This document shows, piece after piece, positions 57,553 through 64,000 of a stretch of 64,000 nt of DNA. The notes under the pieces are model-generated. The model had not been told where the DNA came from, searched no databases, and saw nothing but the letters and a program-made list of their open reading frames with translations. Position numbers and translations under genes: made by a program. Position 1 is the stretch's first letter. Every line of letters begins with the position of its first letter. The stretch is from the sequence record PV158447.1; one strand, written 5' to 3'.

Positions 57553-58593
57553 ATGTTTCTTATGTCGTGGTACGCCAACGATGTAAGAGATCCCAATGCT
57601 GGTTATGGATATACACAACAATTTATTAACTTGAGCACGGTTCCATTAGCATTAATCGATCGTACCGGACTGATAACGTATCTCAGTCCACGACGTGGTG
57701 ATGTGATGGAGAATCGGGGGACACTAAAAGTAGTTCGTCGTTTTACGGTGACAAACTCCCGATCAACCAGTTGTAAACAAGTTAGAAACGATGTCTTTGG
57801 TAAAGCAATGGAGAAGGCTTATGACGATTCTGTCTGTTCTCCTGATCGCTCTGACAACGGTCTATGGATCGATGATGCGGCCAACGGTATTGTTGAACAA
57901 TATGTGGATATCCCCGAGCAAGGATCTTCTTACATTAACTACACACTAGGTTTCTTGGTATGTCGAGAAGCCGATATGAACAGTGAACTTCAGCGAACCG
58001 GATTTCTGTCCGGAGATGCGCTTGTTAACCTGGAACCTGACTTGAGTCAAGATCCTAAGTTACAGGCCCTTCACGCGGAAGAGCTGACTACTCTGAAATC
58101 GAATATTATTGTGGTTGATAACGAATTCCGTTATCAGTCGCTGTGGACCAATATCCACGGTCACGCTTTCCGAATCCCGTTGATCAGAAAACGTGGGGTA
58201 CTTGAAGAAGGTATTCATTTGAATATCGCAGGCACTGGTAAACAAACCGGTCACTTAGTTCATATATCCTTCGACGATCCCGAATTCAGCAAGAAACTTG
58301 AAAAGTACAATATTCATTTCGACATGCGCTCCGCTGAAGTTGGTCAAACTTCCAAGGTTAACGTCAGTCTGGCAGAACGTCTTAAGAAGGCAGAAGCTGA
58401 ACTGAAGAAACGAACCAAGGAGTACGAAGATTTAAAACAGCAATATGATCTCCATCAGAATGAGACCAAGCTATTTAAATCTAACAAGCAAGGTAATTTT
58501 ATACTCGACATCGCTAAATTCGGATGGAGTATCTTTGGTATAGAACTGAAGAGTATTCTGAAAAGTTGGGTATTCGGGGGAATCTTTGCTTAA
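57553..58593 (+). CDS. Hypothetical protein (phiKZ gp122-like position) with coiled coil and hydrophobic C-terminus
   Basis: AAAGGA RBS (start may be 57562). Confidence 0.75.
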   Translation: MFLMSWYANDVRDPNAGYGYTQQFINLSTVPLALIDRTGLITYLSPRRGDVMENRGTLKVVRRFTVTNSRSTSCKQVRNDVFGKAMEKAYDDSVCSPDRSDNGLWIDDAANGIVEQYVDIPEQGSSYINYTLGFLVCREADMNSELQRTGFLSGDALVNLEPDLSQDPKLQALHAEELTTLKSNIIVVDNEFRYQSLWTNIHGHAFRIPLIRKRGVLEEGIHLNIAGTGKQTGHLVHISFDDPEFSKKLEKYNIHFDMRSAEVGQTSKVNVSLAERLKKAEAELKKRTKEYEDLKQQYDLHQNETKLFKSNKQGNFILDIAKFGWSIFGIELKSILKSWVFGGIFA

Positions 58594-58616
58594 CCATTTA
58601 GAAGAGAGGAGATGTC

Positions 58617-60320
58617 ATGGATCCGCAATTGCTCAAGAAAATAGCTGCTTCCCAAAGGCCATTTACTAAGGAACTCGTTGACGGGTTTCATATGAAGGAC
58701 TTGGAGAAGGGGATGCAGCACTTGGAAGGGCGTATGAGGAGTATGCTACGTTCTCTAGAGGAAAAGGGTTATTATTTCGACGGCATCGAGATGGTTGATC
58801 CTCTGGAGTTCTATACGGGCATTACTCGTCCAGGACAGGGAACAGGAAGTGGCACCAAAGAGTTTGAAATCGCCAAGAACAGTTTCTACGGAGTGAGAAT
58901 CAATAATCACTACAAAGATCCGAAGACTGGCGTGGTAGAAGAATTGAAATGTCCGTTTCAGTTCCTACCGTTCACAAATAAACACGGAGACATTTATGTA
59001 CGTAATTCTCTTTACGGGATGCAGTACGTTTTGTCTGAACGTGGTCCGTCGGTAGATGGTGGTCGAGAGAAAACTATCTTTGTCCGAGTAACGGGATACA
59101 AGTTTAAAACAACAAAAGAATTACACGCCTTTAACAGGATCAGTGTAATTGGTGATAAGATAAGTACTGCGGCAATTAACATGACGTTGCCAGCTAACCG
59201 TTTCTATTCACCACGGGGAGATCGCGTAATAAAGAATACGAAAGTCCCGCTGCCTTTGTTGGCGTGGTATGTTTTCGGAAAGTATGGCTTTACAGAAGCG
59301 ATGAAGGTCTATGGGGAATGCGAGTACACACTCGACACCTTAGATACCTTGGTTGAGATTTGTAAAGAAAAAGATGGTTGGCAGATTTATGCCAATACGG
59401 GATCGGTTCATCCAAAAGCGTTTGATCGTCCTCGAGGAGCCCCCATGACAGAGGAACCTGCAATTGCAGTGAGACCTCTGAATAAGGGTACTGAGATCAA
59501 CAACTTAGCATTACAATACGTAGGTGGTTTGCTTCATATGTTTGGGGTGTTCAGTCATGAACTGGATGCTACCCAAATAGATGACATTACTTATTGGCGC
59601 TGGTTGATTGGTCGTTGTTCTATTCGTTTGGCTGCTAAGGCTGGTCCCGATGCTTATCTTCGCCAGATGAACGAACACTTTGCTTCTGTAGAGGAATACG
59701 CCGATGATCTCACCATCGATAAGTACAATAAGTTCGACTTGGACATTAAGAACACTTATGACCTGTTGAACTACTTGTTGCTGAACTATTCCAATTTGAT
59801 CAAGTTGTACGACCCAGCCGACATGCTTCACAAAGAGCTTGCCAGCATGGAGTTCCTGTTTGATCACATGATCAAACAGGTGAATGATTTCAAGTTCAGA
59901 ATTCGCAACAAGACAATGATCAATCCGAAGATCATCAATCGTGAGATTGATTCTTTCTTCCGTCTGTTCAACGTAGACCGATCTGTTCGTGAGAGCAATG
60001 TCTGCTTAGAGCAAACAGGTACTGATAATCCGTTTATTGATTACGGACTTGGTATCATCTTGCAAACAAGGGCAACCGTAGGTCGCGGACCTGGTAAGAA
60101 GTCAGATGACTTTGATGCCAATCATCCTGGTTCCGCCATCCACGCTTCTCAGCCTTTTGTTTGTAGTTACCAGTATGCCTCGAAACCCGCTCCTGATGGA
60201 CGTGGCACACTGCAACCGCGTGTCCATCTCATACAGGGTCGTTATACCGCATTACACCCTGAGGACCGCGAGCTGTACCAAAAGACAGCTAAACGGTTAA
60301 GGGAGCGGGAACCAATTTAA
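58617..60320 (+). CDS. Non-virion RNAP beta subunit, N-terminal part (phiKZ gp123-like)
   Basis: LPFTNKHGDIYVRNSLYGMQYVLSER corresponds to RpoB PxMTxxGxFIINGxERVxVxQL; synteny. Confidence 0.85.
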   Translation: MDPQLLKKIAASQRPFTKELVDGFHMKDLEKGMQHLEGRMRSMLRSLEEKGYYFDGIEMVDPLEFYTGITRPGQGTGSGTKEFEIAKNSFYGVRINNHYKDPKTGVVEELKCPFQFLPFTNKHGDIYVRNSLYGMQYVLSERGPSVDGGREKTIFVRVTGYKFKTTKELHAFNRISVIGDKISTAAINMTLPANRFYSPRGDRVIKNTKVPLPLLAWYVFGKYGFTEAMKVYGECEYTLDTLDTLVEICKEKDGWQIYANTGSVHPKAFDRPRGAPMTEEPAIAVRPLNKGTEINNLALQYVGGLLHMFGVFSHELDATQIDDITYWRWLIGRCSIRLAAKAGPDAYLRQMNEHFASVEEYADDLTIDKYNKFDLDIKNTYDLLNYLLLNYSNLIKLYDPADMLHKELASMEFLFDHMIKQVNDFKFRIRNKTMINPKIINREIDSFFRLFNVDRSVRESNVCLEQTGTDNPFIDYGLGIILQTRATVGRGPGKKSDDFDANHPGSAIHASQPFVCSYQYASKPAPDGRGTLQPRVHLIQGRYTALHPEDRELYQKTAKRLREREPI

Positions 60321-60334
60321 TTTAGGAGTTCTCA

Positions 60335-62860
60335 ATGTCATCAGGTCGTGTCATCCAGCCTCGTTCTCAACAAATGGGCGGAATGAATAATCAAGTACAA
60401 CAGAACCAACCTGGAATGCAACAGGGGCAGATCCCTGGGCAGCAACAGTATGGGAATCAACCCACTCCCGGTAGTCAGGCAGTCGGTGCCATCAGGAACC
60501 TAGCCGGAATCGCAAAACGTGGAGTAGCGGCCCAAGGTCAAGGTGGTGGTTGGGGGTTTTCCCACGAACGTCACAATACCTCGTTAACAGGAGAATTTGG
60601 TAAGTTTAAAGAAGACCTCATGACAGATGAAATGCTTCGTGGAGAGTATTTCACTTACGCATCAGAATTGGGTGCAATGGCCATGCAAGCCATTGTTCGA
60701 CGAAATGATCGGGGTGGATTTTACGGAGCGTTCCTTTCTGGATTGGAATTGGTGAAATCAGGTAACCCAAATATGCCTGGTCAAGTAGAACCTATCCGCG
60801 AGGAATTCTACAAGGAAATCCAGTGTAACGCCAGCATTTACCAGCATATTCTCTCCAACACAATTATTCAAGTTGTCGGTGATTTGACTGGGATGCAAAC
60901 ACAAGGTCGGCATATCACTCAGGATGGCAGTGATCTTCGTCGACTGCTGACCGAGTGTGCTGGCGTTTGTGCTTGGTTCATGTTGGTTGAGTACATTCTC
61001 TCTCACCCACAGTCTGCTAACGTCATTGGTAGTTTGACTCCGTTCACTCGTAAGTACTTGAGTAATCTGGAAATGTATTATGGCATTTTCAAAGCCCGAT
61101 ATGAACAAGTGGATGACGCTCAAATTCCCTGGAACATCTCCAGAGTAAGTGAGATCTTGAAGGGACCGTCAATCGTTAACCCACTGCTGGATCCCAACCT
61201 TTGGCTAGACCCTCATTCCAATATTTCCGTTCAAACCGCCAATCAACATCGTGTAGATGGCGGCCTTGATCTGCTAGGTCAACTTCCTGGCGGAACGGGC
61301 ATTGGTTATGGTCAGCCTAGCGCCCCTAAAAGCGAGCTGGATGCGTTTTGTGAGCGTCTGATGCTTGAGGCAAGGGAAGCTAGGGAGAAAGAGGAGAGGG
61401 CTGCTAGAGGTGATTACATGGCGAATGGCGGGATGTCCCACGGACCTGCTTTCACCGATGTTGACCGTCAGATCCCTTCCTTGGAGAAATTCTCCTGGGA
61501 AAATGCCCAGTACTTTGATCTGAATGATTACCTCATTAAGATCCCGAATAGCAAATACTCAGTGATGACGATTGAGAATGCTGCCGCTCTGATCACTCAT
61601 TTCCGTTTTAGAAACACCAACCGGATGTGTTCCACCGTTGATGTAATGGGTCAGTCTGCTGAAGATGTACCAATTTTCCATTTTAATATGGAAACTCGGC
61701 AAGCTGACATTCGTTATGTTCATATGTCCTTTGAGGAGCACGGATACAGTATGTACGATAAAGTGTTGAGTAATCCTGATCTCTTACTTCCTTATATGTG
61801 GGAAGAAGATGGACAGGTTATTACCAACTGGCAGCCTCGGCCTGTCACTACCGATAGTCTCATTGGAGAAGAAAATAATCTCAAACCTCTCTCCCCAATG
61901 GTTCCATTGGAAGAACGTCCGAACATGCTCTTTGGTAATAAGTGTGTCACATTTAGTGAAGATGATGTGATGCTGAATAAGGTAGATTCTTATACCAAAA
62001 CCTTCGATCCGAAAGGGACGTTAGATGCGTTTGTACTACCGGTAAAAATGGTCGGTAACTTGACTGTTGACCCAAGTTTTAATATCAAGGATCATTACGA
62101 AGAAATAGAATCTATCTTCAATCCCGACAATGCCCGTGAACACGGCGACTTCTTCAATACACTTCGTATCGTAGAACGTTTCCTGAAATCTTCCCGTAAT
62201 GCCCCGCTGGGTGGATTTATTACCCAGCACATCACCACTGTGGTTAACCGTTGGTTGATTGAAGCTCGCGGATATAACGAACTGGGTACCGGCAAACAGT
62301 GTTTGCACCTGGAAAACATTTTCCAGGACCTGGACCAGTTCAAAGAACATCTGATGAACAAGGATCAACCGACACTCATCAGTTTCCTGAAAGGAGGGAG
62401 TCGTTCCACTCTGTATCGCGAGATTCGTATCTTCGCTAGTCAAGAGAAAGCAAAGGAATACTTCACCAAGAACGTTGATAAAGACGATCCGGTAGAAGTC
62501 GCCGCCGCCGAGAATATGGTAAATACTGACCTGCTCCTGACCTCTGATGCAATTGTTATTCAACTGCGTAAAGAGTACGGACCTGTTAGTGAAGGTACCG
62601 TCAGAGTGGAGGAATCTCGTAATCCTAAACTCTTTGCTATTATCCGGCAAGCACTGGAAACCACCAAGAAACATTTCAACAAGGAACCTGCTATCTTGCT
62701 TGTTCATGAGAAGTCGACTGGTGCAAGAGTACGCTCTGTTAAGTTCTCTGAATTTGATGACAGTGTACTTTCCATGAGGGCATTGGATAAGTCCTGTGGG
62801 CTACTGCTGGGGGTTCCTGTGGCGCTACCAGAAACCATTGATCACATTCGACAGCGATAA
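60335..62860 (+). CDS. Large hypothetical protein, 841 aa, Q/G/N-rich N-terminus
   Basis: AGGAG RBS; cotranscribed with the nvRNAP gene. Confidence 0.8.
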   Translation: MSSGRVIQPRSQQMGGMNNQVQQNQPGMQQGQIPGQQQYGNQPTPGSQAVGAIRNLAGIAKRGVAAQGQGGGWGFSHERHNTSLTGEFGKFKEDLMTDEMLRGEYFTYASELGAMAMQAIVRRNDRGGFYGAFLSGLELVKSGNPNMPGQVEPIREEFYKEIQCNASIYQHILSNTIIQVVGDLTGMQTQGRHITQDGSDLRRLLTECAGVCAWFMLVEYILSHPQSANVIGSLTPFTRKYLSNLEMYYGIFKARYEQVDDAQIPWNISRVSEILKGPSIVNPLLDPNLWLDPHSNISVQTANQHRVDGGLDLLGQLPGGTGIGYGQPSAPKSELDAFCERLMLEAREAREKEERAARGDYMANGGMSHGPAFTDVDRQIPSLEKFSWENAQYFDLNDYLIKIPNSKYSVMTIENAAALITHFRFRNTNRMCSTVDVMGQSAEDVPIFHFNMETRQADIRYVHMSFEEHGYSMYDKVLSNPDLLLPYMWEEDGQVITNWQPRPVTTDSLIGEENNLKPLSPMVPLEERPNMLFGNKCVTFSEDDVMLNKVDSYTKTFDPKGTLDAFVLPVKMVGNLTVDPSFNIKDHYEEIESIFNPDNAREHGDFFNTLRIVERFLKSSRNAPLGGFITQHITTVVNRWLIEARGYNELGTGKQCLHLENIFQDLDQFKEHLMNKDQPTLISFLKGGSRSTLYREIRIFASQEKAKEYFTKNVDKDDPVEVAAAENMVNTDLLLTSDAIVIQLRKEYGPVSEGTVRVEESRNPKLFAIIRQALETTKKHFNKEPAILLVHEKSTGARVRSVKFSEFDDSVLSMRALDKSCGLLLGVPVALPETIDHIRQR

Positions 62861-62875
62861 CAACTAACACTGAGA

Positions 62876-62915
62876 AGGAGACTCTAACCCAAACGGGTTA
62901 GAGTCTCCTCATTCT
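62876..62915 (+). terminator. Terminator hairpin
   Basis: aggagactctaaccc-aaac-gggttagagtctcct. Confidence 0.85.
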
Positions 62916-63021
62916 CTCTGTAATCGTTTTGTAGAGATTCTTGATATCAATGTGATAAACTAGACTAATAAGATAAAGAAATCGTTTATAGCGTTTCCTA
63001 TAGCCCTTGAACTGGCTGTAG

Positions 63022-63074
63022 AAAACCAAATACATTTAATATCCATAATTTTTCAAACCTATATTACTAAAGTG
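63022..63074 (+). promoter_or_regulatory. Early promoter module, 50/53 nt identical to 62-114
   Basis: TATATTAC at 63060-63067 with a conserved A/T-rich upstream block. Confidence 0.8.
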
Positions 63075-63130
63075 ATAAACATAGATAGTTTATCTAAACC
63101 ATTTAATTAATTTAGGAAAAGGGAAATATC

Positions 63131-63520
63131 ATGGAAACTGTAACTCAACAACTGCCCGTAGTAAATGACCACGGTGATCTGTTCCTGGAGAACTCCCGGA
63201 CTCGCAACGCCATCTATGGTGCGATCGGCGGTCTGGTAACTGCCGGTTCTCTGGCCCTGGAATCTGATCTGTCCAACCGTGACATCCTGGTCAACATGGC
63301 GGCCGGTGCCGTAGCAGGCGGGGCCGTAGCCTCCCTGATCAAAGGTGTCCCCAGTTTCGGCGGGCTTGGTACTGCCTATGCCGTGAGCGTTGGTGTCGGT
63401 TCTGCACTGATCCTGACCCGTCCTCTGATTCTGGGTCTGAACAAGGTCGTCGATGTTTTCAACACCGATGAAGTAAATGACGAAGCATTCCCGGAAGTAG
63501 AAGATCTTCCGACCGTTTAA
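63131..63520 (+). CDS. Early glycine-zipper membrane protein, 129 aa
   Basis: Three Gly/Ala-rich hydrophobic segments with GxxxG spacing; acidic tail. Confidence 0.75.
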   Translation: METVTQQLPVVNDHGDLFLENSRTRNAIYGAIGGLVTAGSLALESDLSNRDILVNMAAGAVAGGAVASLIKGVPSFGGLGTAYAVSVGVGSALILTRPLILGLNKVVDVFNTDEVNDEAFPEVEDLPTV

Positions 63521-63575
63521 ACAACATCGCCATTGAGTAGGATTATTCCTACGGTTAATTTAGGAGAATAATAAC

Positions 63576-64000
63576 ATGTCAGACGTAATCCTGCTCGATA
63601 AAGAATTTAAAGATCTTAACACCGAAGGTATGATGCAGTCCCTGGTGACGGGTGCTGGCAAATATCTGTATTTCCGTGATCTCGGTCATGGATACCGTGT
63701 TGTCAAGAAGCTGACTGGGCACGATAACCAGGAAGCGTATGTGAAGGTTCCCAAGATGCTCTTTATCGAGAGCGGGTTCTTTCGCGAAACCCTCGCCAAA
63801 GATGGCGTAACCCAAACTGTAGTTAATAACTTCGTTAACCAAATCAAGAAGGAAAGTAAAATGGAAATCACTAACAAAGAAGCTCTGAGCAACGAAAACG
63901 CCGCTCCTGTAGAAACCGCTGAAGTGGTAACTCCGGTAGAACAAGCACAACCCGCCCTGCCGATAATCTCTGACGATTCTGACGAGCTGCTGGGTTGTTC
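63576..64000 (+). CDS. Hypothetical protein, truncated by the window edge (MSDVILLDKEFKDLNTEG...)
   Basis: AGGAG RBS, ATG 63576, frame open to the end. Confidence 0.75.
   Translation, partial: MSDVILLDKEFKDLNTEGMMQSLVTGAGKYLYFRDLGHGYRVVKKLTGHDNQEAYVKVPKMLFIESGFFRETLAKDGVTQTVVNNFVNQIKKESKMEITNKEALSNENAAPVETAEVVTPVEQAQPALPIISDDSDELLGC

Noticed and set aside
1-64000. Stop-codon reassignment
   Set aside because: Core genes are full length under the standard code with intact motifs; no fragmentation at TAG or TGA

Overview
A 64-kb segment of a phiKZ-like nucleus-forming jumbo phage (Chimalliviridae-type), judged from protein motifs and gene order; no homology search was run. It carries four subunits of the non-virion RNA polymerase (gp68-, gp71/73-, gp74- and gp123-like) and probable ChmC- and PicA-like nucleus proteins. 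It also encodes an SbcD-like nuclease, an SF2 helicase with a class 3 intein, a virion RNAP beta-prime piece, the exonuclease half of a split family B DNA polymerase, a DnaB helicase and the major capsid protein. The rest is a large head/baseplate structural block and a free-standing HNH endonuclease. No tRNA, rRNA or CRISPR array was recognised. Best lead: a probable programmed -1 ribosomal frameshift (T TTT TTC, 22934-22940) fusing a 544-aa putative tail/baseplate chaperone to a downstream frame that has no ATG/GTG/TTG until 23105 and no evident RBS there, giving a G/GT-like pair. Other leads are an intein starting with Glu, an SSB-like acidic tail on the ChmC-like protein, a two-class promoter motif whose GATATTAT variant marks all three nvRNAP transcription units, structured 5' leaders, a modular head-protein family with a shared N-terminal cassette, and a putative membrane-anchored HEXXH protease. 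phiKZ gene numbers are from recalled synteny and should be confirmed by search.
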